Below the pieces are notes generated by a model. It did no database searches. It had not been told where the DNA came from and saw only the letters and a list, made by a program, of their open reading frames with translations. A stretch of DNA of 64,000 nt from Rhizodiscina lignyota. Lineage: Eukaryota. The stretch lies in assembly GCA_010015805.1 (NCBI GenBank), contig ML978123.1, positions 1,178,001 through 1,242,000 on the forward strand, in the 5' to 3' direction. Of this stretch, positions 24,583-38,392 are shown one piece after another. The position numbers and the translations under genes are program-made. Position 1 is the first letter of the stretch; every line of letters begins with the position of its first letter.

Positions 24583-25902
24583 TCAATACCCTCTGTTTAT
24601 CTTTCGAAGAGTCTCCACGTACCCAATGTATCCCTTCTTCTTCTTCTCCTTCTCCTTGCCCTTCCTCTCCGAGTTTCCTTGGCCCTCCGCTTTTGATGCG
24701 GATTCAAACCCGAAATTAAATCCCGTCGCGAGATTAGGCATCTGGAGCGTAGGCTCTGGACTCTTCATCTTGGAGTGTGAGTCCGACGCCGCAACATAGT
24801 TGGAACCCATCGACAGCCTATCGGTCATTTCGATATCCCCATCCATATCTTTTGCTAATTTCGCACGGGTAGGGGGGCTTGGAGGACCTCCATCGCTAGA
24901 GCTTGAGTCTGACTCGTCTTGCTCGAGGACAGGGGCGAGTGTAAGAGGAGAGGAGACAACTGTTTTTGACGAGCCGACGCTCTTGCGACGTGTGGCAGAA
25001 GCCAGCAAGGCTCCCCAGAATGCTTCTTTCTGCGGCGGGGATGGCTCGCTACCGGATTGATCAGCACTCTTATTCTGCGTGGGAGATAGATCGATGTTCT
25101 CGAGAATGGTGTCGAATGTCGTTGCGGGCATCGCAGTCTCCATGATTGGCTCTTCTTGCGGAGGCGAAAGTGGTGTGACAGGTTCCGAGAACTCAGAAGG
25201 AGAGGAAGTAGTTGGCTTAAGCGCTGGTGTCGCGGGCGCCGTCGGTGTCTTCTGCTGCCGGAACTGGGCTCCCCATCGACATTCGCTTGGGTAGTCGCAC
25301 CTGTGCCAGCAGTCCTTCTTCTGCGCTCCGGCAGCAGTTTGCTGCTGCTCGTCGCTCAAACGACGTTCGACCCGCCACTGCATGCCCAATCCGAGAGTGT
25401 TTGCACTGTTACCGTCCTCCTCCTCTTCTTTGGCGATCATGTCTCTGACAAACTTCCTAACTTCTTCTTCATTCCTGCGCCAATCGCCCCACGCTTTCCA
25501 GCCTTGGTAGTCAAACTCACTCGAGCACGCCTTATGGCGCCGAACGACTCGCGTTCGCTCGCCATTCCTCCCACGCTTGGTCTTCACCACCGTTGTGCCT
25601 GCACAGAAGTGGTGACCGTCTTCGAGACATCGGCGGGTGACGCCGAGCGGATATCTGATATGGCAGACATGGCACTGCCAGACCCAATTGAGCGGCGATT
25701 TCGGAGGAGACACTGTCGGTGCTATATTCGTGCGACTGCTCCATGATACAGATGCGGAGATGTTCGCTGCCTTCAAAGATATCGGAACAGGCGGTGGAGT
25801 TATTGGAAGTTGCGGAGAGAAGGGCGAGACAGGGATAGCGAGATTCGAAGAGCGAAAAGGAATGGCTGAGATCGCGAGGTTGGCGATCCGTGCTTTCTTC
25901 AT
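24583..25902 (-). CDS. hypothetical protein with Cys/His-rich motif and S/P-rich tail
   Basis: Long ORF with first ATG at 25902 (MKKARIANL). WQCHVCHIRYPLGVTRRCLEDGHHFCAG...CSSEFDYQGW...DCWHRCDYPSECRW. Confidence 0.8.
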   Translation of the reverse strand: MKKARIANLAISAIPFRSSNLAIPVSPFSPQLPITPPPVPISLKAANISASVSWSSRTNIAPTVSPPKSPLNWVWQCHVCHIRYPLGVTRRCLEDGHHFCAGTTVVKTKRGRNGERTRVVRRHKACSSEFDYQGWKAWGDWRRNEEEVRKFVRDMIAKEEEEDGNSANTLGLGMQWRVERRLSDEQQQTAAGAQKKDCWHRCDYPSECRWGAQFRQQKTPTAPATPALKPTTSSPSEFSEPVTPLSPPQEEPIMETAMPATTFDTILENIDLSPTQNKSADQSGSEPSPPQKEAFWGALLASATRRKSVGSSKTVVSSPLTLAPVLEQDESDSSSSDGGPPSPPTRAKLAKDMDGDIEMTDRLSMGSNYVAASDSHSKMKSPEPTLQMPNLATGFNFGFESASKAEGQGNSERKGKEKEKKKKGYIGYVETLRKINRGY

Positions 25903-28900
25903 GGCGCAAGAATTATGTGACCAGCGACAGTTTTCCAAAGCGTTGTTTGAGTCGGAGAGGGACTAATGCGAAGCCGGCTTCGCAAACGAACCGTAGTGTC
26001 TCAATGGCAGATGCAGAGAAAAACAACGCGGACAAGCGCCTAAAGGTATAGCTGCCTTGTGGCTTCGAGTACTGACGAAGGAAATTGTGAACAGCAATGG
26101 TGGAAATTGACGAAGAGCATTCGCAATGTCTATAGAGGTCTGCCATGACGCATACGCCACCGCGTCAACATAAAGCCCCTCGCTAAACACAACCAGTTCA
26201 ATGCTGGCGCAATTTAGCGAATTCTAGAGCAGCCTTTGTTTCCAGCAGCCAGGCACGCACGTGGTGTGGCCAAACTGACGGAGTCGCGCGTGTTTCTTTG
26301 TGTGAACTCGCTTGCCGGCAAAGCCGAGACAAAGCCCGGAAACCTTTCGATTTGGAGCTCGTCCGAATTATCATCAAAGTGCTTCAAAGACGAAAGACAA
26401 GAGATTGTCCAATTCCGACGGGGACAAGGCAATTCGGAGAGGGAGTGCTAGAGGGCCCCACGTACATCGAAATGACTGATCCACGCTGTCATATTTGACA
26501 TAGCGCTACAAATGTATATCACGGGCCGAGTTTCGGCGGAATAAAATGTTTCCCGAATTGCGTCTCATTTCCTAAGTCCATTTCTTCCTGAGATGATGTG
26601 TGTGCAGAAGGTTCTGAAAGTAGGCACATGTCCGATAACAAAGAAAGCGAATTGAAGGGTAGAAAGGAAAAGAACGCCGATCAAAAGTGGAATGACTTGA
26701 GAAAATCTCCAATACATGGACTGATATCACTAAGTCTCTCATTCTGACAGTAACCTTAGTAACGGTAGTTAGTCGAGGATGAAGGGGCCAGTGGAGCAGA
26801 ATAACCAGGAGGAGCGATTGCTGCCAATAGTTTCCAGCGCAGGTTGCCGTTGTCATAGATACAAAAGAAGCTTCGCTGAAATGTTTACCACAGGAGAGAT
26901 GAGAGCATTAGAGGTGCAATTCGCCCCTTGATATCGTCTGCGCTGAGCAAGGGGAAAGGGACAAACTTCATCTGCCCGAGGTGCGAGGGATCCAGTCATA
27001 AGAGAAGCAGCGTCAAAGCGCCATGACATACTCCGAAAGAGCGAATATTCTCCCCGCTCGAGATTTGTGAGATGTTCATCACTCCGGGAAAAGAGGATCT
27101 ATGAAGGAGTTTGATACGCGCTAGTCTGTTTAAGTATGGTGTACATGTTCAACGGCTTGTCACTTGTTCTCTTCGAATCGATTGAGAAAGGGGCGAACGA
27201 CTTTGAACGCAGCTCGCAACATGCAAGAAAGAGAATTGATCTGCTGCTGATAAGCTGGAACGGTCGATGTGCCACGAGCACGAGTCCACCACGCCGGGCC
27301 TTGGTCCAATTCGCCGACTTCGGTTAGAATGGAACGCGGTGCTTTCAACCATTCCATGCAGCCTCGCCCGCTCGACCAGTCCCAACAATTTAATGGATTT
27401 GAGCGCTTCAAGCGATTCAAGCGCTGAATTCCATCTCATCTGATGCGTTCTCGTGGTCTCTTTTTCTGCGGCCTTACCTACGCAAGTTTGTGATCTCCGT
27501 GGTTAACGGCGGTTCTTCAGCTTCAAAAAACATCGTCACATCCTGCAATTCACTATTGTCTGAATCTCATCGGGAACAGTTCGCCAAGAACATGTCGATG
27601 ATGCATCCGGATGCAGACGAGAATGTGGGAACGTGGAGCTGCTTTATCGGATTCCTTATGTACGACGATCGAGGTCCGTGCAGCGCATCCATTTTACAGA
27701 AAGTCACGGGACTGCGTGTTGTTTACAGCGTCGCGTGCTGCGCGCGTTAGCGCGTTTGTGTCCGACCTCACTCAAGCCCTTCCGGCGCAACATCCGGATA
27801 CAGCAACCCCAACATCGTACCCCTCCCCTCCCCATGACTTGAAACGCAACGTAAGCATGTCAACCGCCTCTAGCAGGATATATGATATGTAAAACATGCC
27901 GCTACTGCGCCTCATGCCGGCATTTCCGTAGTCTTCGGGGTCAGCTGGACAGCAGTTCGCAGTGGTTCGATCCAGGACTTTGGCACTTTCGTATCTGCGA
28001 GATTGAATTGTTTTGCTCCCACAGCCGCCATGAGGACGTCGGTGGCTGCGGGTAAACGGTAGTCGACAGATGTAATTCAAGATTCGCGTGAGACGGTGAG
28101 CGAGAAATCAAGGCATTTTGTATTCAATAGCTCGATCTCGATGCAGGATTGTGAATGACGTCGTCTGTCTCTCAGAATCTACGATCCGTCCTGCCAAACG
28201 GCGATCGCGGAAGTAAAGGGTTGGAGGGGAGGCTGTTTCGCGTCAGACAGCGATAGAGCTCCAATTGAAAAGGTGAGCAAGGAGGGCTAGCCAGTTGAGG
28301 CATGCCCCAGCAGCAGCCACATGGGCGAACGGACCTCCATGCGTCCCAAACTAGCACTCTGACAGAGATTGCGGAACTAGGTGCATTTTTGAGCCGCCCA
28401 ATAAGTGGCCTTGCGGAGCGCCAAGCATATTCAGCCAACAAGAACGGACTCAGGGCGCCTCGCAGTGCAATCCTTTCCCTGTTTGAGCGCGACGATTCGG
28501 TCTATTCGAGCCGAATGACGACAGATGGGATCGTCCTCTCGCAAAAAGAACAATAGACTATTGACGGGCTGCGCTGATGCTCCCATTGCGACCATGACAA
28601 CGCATAGCGTGTAGAAATTGACTGAGATGGTTCCTTGGTTGAGCATGAGAGCAGGAGCATGAATGCAGCAAGACAAGACGAGACGGTTCAGAAAGCGTGA
28701 GAAATTGATTGCGTGTGACCTTGTGGCCGGCCTGGATTCGGAACTTGAGCTCCAATTGCATGCAGGGAGACGTTGGAGGTGCAGAACGGCGAGCCGTGCG
28801 AGGTGGTGGCATGGCAACGATATGCTTGTCATCGCGCCGGCGGGAACGACGCTGCAGCAGCTGGGCTGGTCAGCGCAAGCGCACAGCTTGTTTCGACGTG

Positions 28901-29608
28901 ACCAGGCGCGATGTGAGAGCTGATGACGCTCCAGCAGCGAGCAGGCAGGCTCGAAGACAGCTAGAAGTGGGTGGCGATGCTATTCGTCGCGCCGATAATT
29001 TGGCAGCGTGGGGCGGCGATGGAGGTGGTGTTCGCAAGTCGCCTGTAAGGCCGCGGGTTAGCGCTTGCGGCGCACGTTAGCGGGAAGCTGACCCCTCCAG
29101 GCGCTCCAAGTGCAGGGCAGGGCAAGCGCTCCAGCAGCTACCAAACGTTGCGTAGCAACGACAAGCAAGCTACGCCCTCTTCACCTCTTCACCACCCGAC
29201 CTCTATCTACCTCTCTTCACCACGCTCTTTCCTGCCCTTCTTCGTCCCCCAGAAGGCTTCTGGTGCCCTACCTGCTGCTGTTCGAGGTGACCACTGGCCA
29301 GACAACCTCACGTCGTGTGCTGCACCGGCCTTCCCTAGCTTGAGCACCAGCGAGCCGTATCGTCGCGGCCGAGATGTTCACCTCTTGACAGCAGCAGCAG
29401 TGCCGACACTCTTTTGGAATCTTGCATCGGACGAGATCTGCGGTAGCATCTTAGATTGGAACTAGCATTCTCATCTTTCATGCTTTATCGCGTCGGCCCT
29501 GGTGCACACAGCTACCCGCTCTCTCGTCTCCCCCTCGTGCAGCTCCTCCCCAGGCTCACGCAACCTCACTAGGTCAATTGGACCTGCAACCCACTCAGCT
29601 CTTCCGAA

Positions 29609-31464
29609 ATGGAATCGTCTCCTCTGGCTGCAATGCAGCCACCTCCCTTGCCGCCGTCGTGGGGATGCAGACGCGATCTTTTCACCTCCAGGTCGCGCCA
29701 AATGGGATCCAATCCGTTCGGCACAAACAACTTCAATTTCAAGGACATGAGCATGCTTCGGTCACAGTCCGACTACTTCTCCGGCACTCAGGTCCGAGGC
29801 TCGTCGCCGGCAGCTAGCTTGGCCGCAGACCTGTCACAGAATTTCCATATCGACCAAAGGTTCGTCCCTAACACGCAGCGTCTTCAAGCCCATCTTTGCT
29901 TATCGATTGTAGTCCCCAATTGCCTACTCCTCGTCGCTCTCTATTTACTGCGAACCTATTCCAGCTAGCAGCTGCTCGAGGTAAGACAACACAACAATGT
30001 CAATGTTTGGAACTTACTGATCGACGTAAAGAGGGTGCCACAACTCCACCAATTCGTTGGGAAGGCGTAACGACACCGCCAATCCCATCCTCTTCGCCCG
30101 GATTTGGCCACGATTCCATGGACATATCGCCTCTGCCGCACAAGGTTCCATTCGCCCGGACGAGCGACATCGTGCCTACGCCGGACACGGAAACGACACT
30201 TGACGACGCCATGAGTTCTCCGCCCGTAATGACTTCTGACTCGTCCGAGACACAGAGCTCCGACAGACCACGGCTGCAGTATGTCTTGTCACTCGCTGTG
30301 TTCACGGTAATGGTGCTAACTGTCTTTAGGAGACGAAAGTCTTCCGCACCCCGACCCTCGTTACTTAGGTCCGCGAAGTTCTTTTCCACAAACACTGTCG
30401 CTCATCAGGCTAGAGAGCCAGACACTCAGCTGCCGCCATTTAAATTTGGCGCTGGAATCGGTGCGGCTGTTGCCCCCTCACTCTCGCTGGACGACATCGA
30501 GGATTCGCCTCCTCAACAACGGAACATGTTTGATTCTGGAATTATGGGTCCTCCAAGACCACGCCAACTCTTTTCGCATACCTCGAACTCCAGTCGTTCC
30601 CATGGATCGCCCTTAGCAGGTCTTTCGAAGAAGCCCCCCTTCCAAGTGCCTCGGCCAAGGAAGCAATTTCGCCGTTCGAATAGCATGTTCGAGCATCCAG
30701 GCGATATAATGAAACAAGAAAAGAGAGAATCTGCCCAGACAGGACTGCAATCGATCATGGATGTTGATGACACCCATCAGCTGGCCCTTCCACATTTCAT
30801 GCCAGTCGACAGGAACGACGGCATTCCTAGGATCACGCAGGAGACGATGCTTCAAGTCCTGGATGGCCAGTACAATTCGCACTTCGATAACATCAAGGTT
30901 GTGGACTGCAGATTTGAATATGAATTCAACGGAGGTCACATCAATGGCGCTGTGAATCACAACGACAAGGAAGGTTTGGCTCAGGCACTGTTCCAACAAG
31001 GCCCTTCACGAACATTGCTTCTACTCCACTGCGAGTTCTCTGTGCATCGTGCGCCTCTAATGTAAGTTATCACAATTCATTTGGCTGTAACTTCAAACTA
31101 ACTTTGATGCAGGGCTGAGCACGTACGGCGACACGATCGTCGCGTAAATGAAGCTTCCTACCCCAAGCTCAACTACCCGGAATTGTACGTCCTTGATGGT
31201 GGCTATAATGCCTTCTATAGGAACCATCGGACACGTTGCTTTCCTCAGAACTACGTAGAAATGGATGCTCAAGGTCACGAAGCTACCTGCGAGCGAGAAT
31301 TGGAGAAGCTTCGTCGTCGAGGCAAGCTCAATCGAGCCGCAACATATGCCTTCGGTGAGACCACCTGCGATATGCAGGACAGCCCGACCGCAGGAGCACG
31401 GTCTACTGCCTCGTTTGATGGAGATCCACGACGAGCATACAACAGACGAATGGCATCGTATTAA
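29609..31464 (+). CDS. cdc25: M-phase inducer phosphatase (Cdc25/NimT/Mih1)
   Basis: MESSPLAAM; DCRFEYEFNGGHINGA; catalytic HCEFSVHRAP; YPKLNYPELYVLDGGY; 4 introns. Confidence 0.95.
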
Positions 31465-32433
31465 CAGCCCAAGTACCCACAAACCCGCGATACCCATGGA
31501 TTTCCTTGTTCTCAAATTCTTGGCCATAACAACCCTCACCCTTCCGTCATTGGCGTTCCATCTCATTACCGGATCATCCTCTGGATCAGAACCCTTTTTG
31601 TCTGTCGGCCGATTGCTCTTCCTTGTCCGATATATCACCTTCCGCCGGGCAGTTGGGCACACTCATCTGAAACAGCCCACATGCCGTGCTGGAGTTTCCC
31701 GTTCGGCTTCCGACCTCTCCCCTGGCCCTCAACCCAGACATTGCTCTGAATACTCGCGCTGAAAGATCGCGCCTCTTCCCCATCAATGCTTCCATATGTC
31801 CTTCTCTTGGTTAGCCGACACGTCTCTCGTTGAACGTTCATCCACTGGACACCATGTGCCAGTACATCATCCAATACGCAAGCGATGCTCATTACTCAAA
31901 TTTGAGTACCTCTACTCCTTCAGCAGCAACATGCTCTGCAGGAGGCAGATGTTCCTCCGTCTTTCCCCATTGGCTCACTCATCCTTTTTGCACTTACCTT
32001 GCCGGTTTTCGGTCTCAAGCTCTCTGTAATAATTTGGTTTTAAGCATCCAGCGTGCCTTTGACAGCGCTTGCTTCTGAGGGGTATTACAGAGATTGTACA
32101 TATAGACTGCCTCTGACAGTGATTTTGCGAAAAGGGGTTCGGGGCTGTACAAGGCGGGATATCCTCGTCGTAATTGTTGCGCTTTGGGGCCGACGGGGGA
32201 GCTGTATTTCGTCGTCTCGCTATTGGAAATGCAAACAAATTTCAAACAAATCCCTAGTGCTATTTGTGCCAGTGACAATGGCATTGACATGAAATATTCG
32301 TTGTTGGTCAAGACGTCACGCGAAGACTCGGCGAGTCAAGTCGCACTCCACATCCCACCTCCAACATCCAGCGCATACAACATTCCCCTATAGAATCCTG
32401 TGAATCCCCACATGAAGCGCCGAAAATTAAATC

Positions 32434-33232
32434 ATGGATATCGATGATATCCTCGCCGATATTGACCGCGAAGCGTTACCGCAGGAGAGTCTTGACCTAC
32501 AAGAATTGACGCGGGCATGGGTTACCGAACGCGTCGCGCCAGAGCTTCTGCCATATCCTGATGCGCTGATGGAGAGGGTATCTGCGCGTATTCGAAGGCA
32601 GGTAAGCTCGCACTAAATAGTCTTCCTTCGGGAGACAGCGTTTCTACGCCAGTTCGACGTGAAAAGGAAGACGCTAACAGAGACCGCGCAGATTGAGCTG
32701 GTAGAAGAACAAACGGGTAACATGGATCCAAAGACGAACTTCAGCCTCATCATCATACAGACTGAGCTTGAGCGCTTCAAGTTCCTTGTGCGATCATTCC
32801 TAAGAGCCAGAATTGCAAAGGTTTTAATCCGCGTTCGCGTATCTCACGGCGCCGCTGCTGACGCTATGTGTGCAGATAGACGCCCATCCTCTCCACCACC
32901 TCACTTCCTCTTCCGCATCGTCTTATCTCTCCGCGCCTGAGAAACAGTACCTCTCCGCGCACCATGCGCTTCTCTCCTCGCACTACCAGGCATCGTTCCT
33001 GTCTCAGTTCCCCCCGTTGCTGCAGCGCCTCGACGACACTGCAGGCGGCGTGAGCATGGTCGACGCGCCAGATTTGGACAGCGCAGTCTTTGTGCGAGTC
33101 CTTAAAGATGTGGGGGTTGTGTCTGTGGAAGGCACGGACACGATATTCGAGATGCAGAGAGGAGATGTATTTGTGGTTAGGTGGAGGGTTGTCAGAGAGA
33201 GGGTGCTGGTTGGGGATGCGGAGTTGATTTAG
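32434..33232 (+). CDS. SLD5: GINS complex subunit Sld5
   Basis: [67 protein letters not shown]; 2 introns. Confidence 0.93.
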
Positions 33233-33452
33233 ACGTCTTTGGGAGGTGGCATCAATGGACGTGATATGAATGACGATCACATGGGTATGGCAGCATTGCA
33301 TGGAGTTCTGGTACAATCTTGTAGGAGCGTTGGAAAGTTGTCAAGGAAACTGTGTCGTCAGAAATCGTTTTGACATTGGGATATCTCATGCAAGTCCCAA
33401 AACGCCATCATGAGATGCACTTGCTCATCCAGACTCAAGTGCCTACAGAGAA

Positions 33453-34726
33453 TCAATGCGCTTGCAACCAACCCAACATCTGCTCGAACGCATCTTTCTG
33501 AGATGCCTTGATCTTTTCATCGTCATAGTCACCAAGGACCGCAAAGCCATGCGGAACTCCTGGATACACTTTGACTTCATGATCGATGCCAGTCTTTTCT
33601 AGGAGCTTTTTACCCTCCTCGCGCGTCTCGTCCGGGAAGAGTTGATCGTTCTCTACGCACACCATGCACACCGGCACTTTCACGGCCGCAATGTCCTCCT
33701 TCGTAATCATCGTCCCTAACATACTTAGAAGATGGCCAAATGTACAACTCGGGCTTTGACATACCGTGCGCAATGACTCCAGTTTTCAGTTGCGGGCCAG
33801 TCTTGACCATGCCCTGTTCCTCATCTGTAGTCGGCTGACCCTGAGCCCCCGTATCCGGACCTTCGCCCGCCAAGATCAGGATATATTTGGCGCCGAAGCA
33901 ATATCCAACGCCATACACACCACCGCCGTTAGCAACGGCATCCGCGAACTCCTCTTTGGCCCCATCGAGAACTTTCTGCACCAAAGGCAGTACTTTCTCC
34001 GGTGTTTGACGCGCCAGCCACATGTCAATCATGAATGACTTTGCTGTTTCTCCCACACGCAGCTTCACGCTTTCCAAGAAGGATGGCTGTTCCTCTGCGG
34101 ATGCCTCTGTTGTAGTATTGGGGGCTGGATCGCCACCGAACCTTACTATCTTTCAGCGATCGTTGAGGTAGGAAAAGACAGGTAAATGCTGACATGTCTG
34201 GCATGACTACTAAGAAGCCAGCCGCCGCATACTTGTCAGCCTGTAGCTGATTGTTTGTCGACTTGACGCCAGTGCCGCCGGTCAGGAAGAGGAGGAGCTT
34301 TGAGGGTGCATGTGGATAATCTGCGGGCTTCGTCACATAGACCTGAAATTCTAAAGTCAGCTTAGGTTTTCAATATAGGGAAAGCAAGCATACGTCGACC
34401 TCCGCGATCTTTGTCATTTCCTACATAAAGTAAGCGCATTGCACTAAAGTCAGCTATAGTTGTCGAACCCCAGTTGGCACTTCTCCAGCGGCTGCTCGTT
34501 GTCAGCAATTGGGTTTCCAAGTACATCTGAAGCTTCCTACGAGTCGGTCTATCGGTCACGCAATGTTCCTATTCATTATTAGAACAATCTGTCTCTCAGA
34601 AGCAGAGAGTCGAGGACTGTTTACACCCATACTCGGACCCTCCTGCGCCTTGGAGTCGTTTGGAATGGCGCTGTCCTCGACAGCATCGCTCTCGGGAGCT
34701 TTCGTAGCCACCTCTTCGTCTGCCAT
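33453..34726 (-). CDS. dienelactone hydrolase family protein
   Basis: MGEHCVTDRPTP..VYVTKP..LLLFLTGGTG..ADKYAAAGFLVVMPD; GVGYCFG nucleophile; YPGVPHGFAV; several short introns. Confidence 0.88.
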
Positions 34727-34878
34727 GCTGCTGAATAGGTGAAATGAAAGGCAGGCCGGAGTTTACAATACTGCTGCCTTTGTACTCGGCCAAGGGCAGT
34801 AAGCTCATTGGGCATTCAAAAGGTGACGTAGGAGGGGCGGAGAATCGGCGAAATGTATTCCCGTCATTAAAACGTGAT

Positions 34879-34900
34879 CGCGCGGCGCGTTCGAACGCGT
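34879..34900. promoter_or_regulatory. MCB-like (ACGCGT/CGCG) cell-cycle element cluster upstream of RFA1
   Basis: CGCGCGGCGCGTTCGAACGCGT with a perfect ACGCGT at 34895-34900, ~110 nt before the RFA1 ATG. RFA1 is an MBF target in yeasts. Confidence 0.6.
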
Positions 34901-35006
34901 TCTTATTAGTGGCGGCTGCCTCCCCAAATATATCCCCCGCGCCGCGTCTTCACCACATCTTCTGCAAACCACCCTCGACTTTCCCATCTACGGACGTGAA
35001 GACGCG

Positions 35007-37095
35007 ATGGCGGACATAGCACGTGCAACTGAAACGATTACGCAAGGCGCGTTGAGGTACGGCCTTGTGCGCTGCTCGCTGTGGTGCAGGTTGATAGCTA
35101 ACGTGTAGCAGAGGCATCTTCAATGAGAGCCCCGGCGGTGTGGCAGAGCCTGTCCTGCAATGCGTTCAAATCAAGGCCATGGAAAGGAAGGATAACTCAC
35201 AGCCCGACCGGTACCGAGTTGTACTCTCCGACGTGCAGAACTTCATCCAGAGCATGCTCGCAACTCGTACGCAACAACTGGCACCGCATGATAGGCAAAA
35301 GTACTGACATGGCTTCACAGAGTGCAATCACTACATCATTGATGACAAGCTAAAGAAGGGGTCTCTCGTGAGGATCAAGCAGTACACTCCGAATATCGTT
35401 AAGGGGAAGAAGTACGTTTCAGTGCGCTCTCAGAGACGAGCTAAGTTTAACGCATCCTAGGATTCTCATCATTCTTGACCTTGACGTATTGTCCGAGTAC
35501 GGAGAATGCGAAAAAATCGGTCAGCCTGCCGCTCTCGAGACAGTGAGGACGGAAGATACAATGAAGATGGAAGAGACCCCCGAGCCCCAGCCCGCGGGTA
35601 TTGCCAGTAACGGCTTCTATGGCAACAAGCCTCCAGCCCAAGCTCAGCAGCAGCAGGCTCAGGCGTTACCTTCACGCCCCAACAATAGCAACAACTCCCA
35701 TAGCCGCAACATTAACATCTCCCCGATCAGCGAGCTCTCGCCGTACACACACAAATGGACTATCAAGGCTCGTTGCACACACAAGAGCGACATCAAGACC
35801 TGGCACAAGCAGTCGGGAGAAGGGAAGCTGTTCAGCGTCAACCTCCTAGATGATACCGATGAAATCAGGGCGACCGGTTTCAATGCTGAGTGCGATGCGT
35901 TGTACGACGTGTTTCATGAGGGCGGCGTATATCTCATCCACAGTCCTTGCCGCGTGCAGCTAGCAAACAAGAAATTCACGCAAGTCAAACATGACTACGA
36001 GCTGACCTTCGAGCGCGATACTCAAGTGGAAAAGGCAGAGGATGACGATAGGGCTATACCGCAGCTGCGATACAATTTCACCAGCATCGGTTCGCTTCAG
36101 TCCATCGAGAAGGACTCTATGATCGATTGCATCGGCATTCTGAAAGAAGTGGGCGAAGTGTCCCAGATAACGTCCAAAACAACTAGCAAGCCTTATGACA
36201 AGCGCGAACTCACCCTTGTCGACGATTCACAGTATTCTGTGCGCCTCACAATTTGGGGCAATTCAGCACAGTCCTTCGATGCGCCAGTCGAGTCCGTCGT
36301 CGCCTTCAAAGGCGTCAAAGTCTCCGACTTTGGTGGCCGAAGCCTTAGCCTTCTCAGCTCTGGATCAATGCTCGTTGATCCAGACATTGATGAAGCACAC
36401 AAGCTCAAAGGCTGGTATGACGCCCAAGGCCGTAACGATGCTTTCGCTGGGCAGGCAAACGACGGAACCATGTCGACGACAAGCCGTAAAGACGACACTA
36501 AGATCATTGCACAGATCCGCGAGGAGAACCTGGGCGTGAGTGAGAAACCAGACTACTTCTCTGTCAAGGCAACAATTGTCTACATCAAGAATGACAACGT
36601 TGCTTATCCGGCCTGTATGAGTGAGGGCTGCAACAAGAAGGTCGTGGAGATGGACCCAGGACAATGGCGTTGCGAGAAGTGCGAAAAGAGTTGGCCAAAG
36701 CCACTGTACCGCTACATCATGAGTGTCAATGTGGAGGACCACACCGGCCAGCTGTGGCTGAACATCTTCGATGATATCGGAAGAATAATTATGGGCATGT
36801 CCGCTGACGAACTGATGGATATCAAGGAGAATGACGATCAGAAGGCCAAGGACGCCTTTGCAGAGGCGAACTGCAAGACCTATGTCTTCAGATGCAGGGC
36901 GAAGATGGATACGTTCCAGGATCAGCAGAGGTATGTGTCATTAGCAGTGTCCGTGGTGAATAATACTAACGGTGAGATAGGGTACGTTATCACGCAATGT
37001 CTGCTGCATCGCTAAACTTCTCGAATGAATGTGCGAAGCTGGTCGACATTCTGAAGCAATACGACATGAACTCGGATAGCTTGTTTGTCAACTAG
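35007..37095 (+). CDS. RFA1: replication protein A 70 kDa subunit
   Basis: ITQGAL; ISPISELSPYTHKWTIKAR; GKLFSVNLLD; VSDFGGRSLS; Zn ribbon YPAC..CNKKV..WRCEKC; 4 introns. Confidence 0.97.
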
Positions 37096-38392
37096 TGCGG
37101 GAAGGACAAGCTTGTATGCATTTTCCCCCATAATTCGCGGACCTGGCCGGGCTGCATGACTCAAACGGATGGAATGGGGGAACAAGGCAGCTGTGGGTTG
37201 CTTTGTCTGTCATGGCGTTAGTCGATATGGGCTCCTATTTCCAGGCTGAACGATTATCTTTGCTTTACTCGACATATGCTGGGCAACGAAAAATGGCGTG
37301 AAGGAGAGAGAAATGATGACTTGCTCGATTGAGATCCTCTGCCACTCTCAAAATCTAACTCTGGAATCTGCCACATCACATGCGTCTACTCCTGCCGAGT
37401 CGCGTCTACGGACATGGAGTAAGCAAAAGTCTGCGTGCACTGTGAAGTCCCACAATAGTCTTGCCTGGTGACCAAACCTATCACAGTCGAGCTACGATAC
37501 ATCAGCGAAATCCCTCTACTGTCTAGACACGCGCACCCGCGAGCTCGTGAAAGTTCGGTTCTCCTGGGCGAACTTAGATGAGCTCTGGGACGTTTGGCCG
37601 TCTCAATCCAGTATCGTACCTCGAGACGTTGCTCTCGTCCAGCGCTTGAGACTCTCCAATGTCCTAAAGCCTCTAAGTCGGCCGTCTGTTGTACTCCCAG
37701 CGAATTCTGATGTGCTCTGGACACATTCTGTTTTCGAATTCGTCCTTTAGTCTACCACTTCGCACAGCCACCGATGGCCCTGCCGTTTACATAGTCGTTC
37801 ATGAGCCTCAAGAAACATTTCACAACCGCTCAGATAACTGCACACCAGACACAATAGCTATGCACTTCACTTCCATTCCTACCTACCCTACATACGTACA
37901 GAAAAAGCAAGAGTCAAAAAAGGGAAAGGAAAGACCGAATCCACGCATCCGCATGTCGGCGTCGCAGTGTGTGAAGGAGTGTATGCTTTGTTGCCAAGCA
38001 GACATTATGCAACCAACCGCGGTGGGTATTGGGGTGTGGTATGTGAGGGTGGTATAGACAAGCCGACTACGGCGTCCAAGGTTTGCAATAGAAGTTAGAG
38101 TGTCGTCCGCCAACGTGGCAACAAAGTACTTAACCAGAAAAAAGGGTTTTAAGAAAACCAAAAAAGGAAAACCGTGCATGCATGGCCTTTCTCGCATGAG
38201 CATCTGGGAAGACTAAGAAAGAAATTTCCCAGTGCCATATAAGCGGACGGCCACACGCTTGATCGTCAAGAGGAAAAATCGCTAGGTATCGACAGCACCA
38301 ACTTCACCCTTCTCTATACAACACAAAACACCTCGGCTCATCGGGAAGACTATAAGGAAATCCACAGCCGTCACTTCACGAGCGTCATTCGA

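Noticed and set aside
26000..29500. Many short ORFs in the long intergenic region (likewise 16000-18900 and 41200-43100)
   Set aside because: No coding motifs, splice-supported structure or transposase similarity; treated as promoter/UTR DNA.
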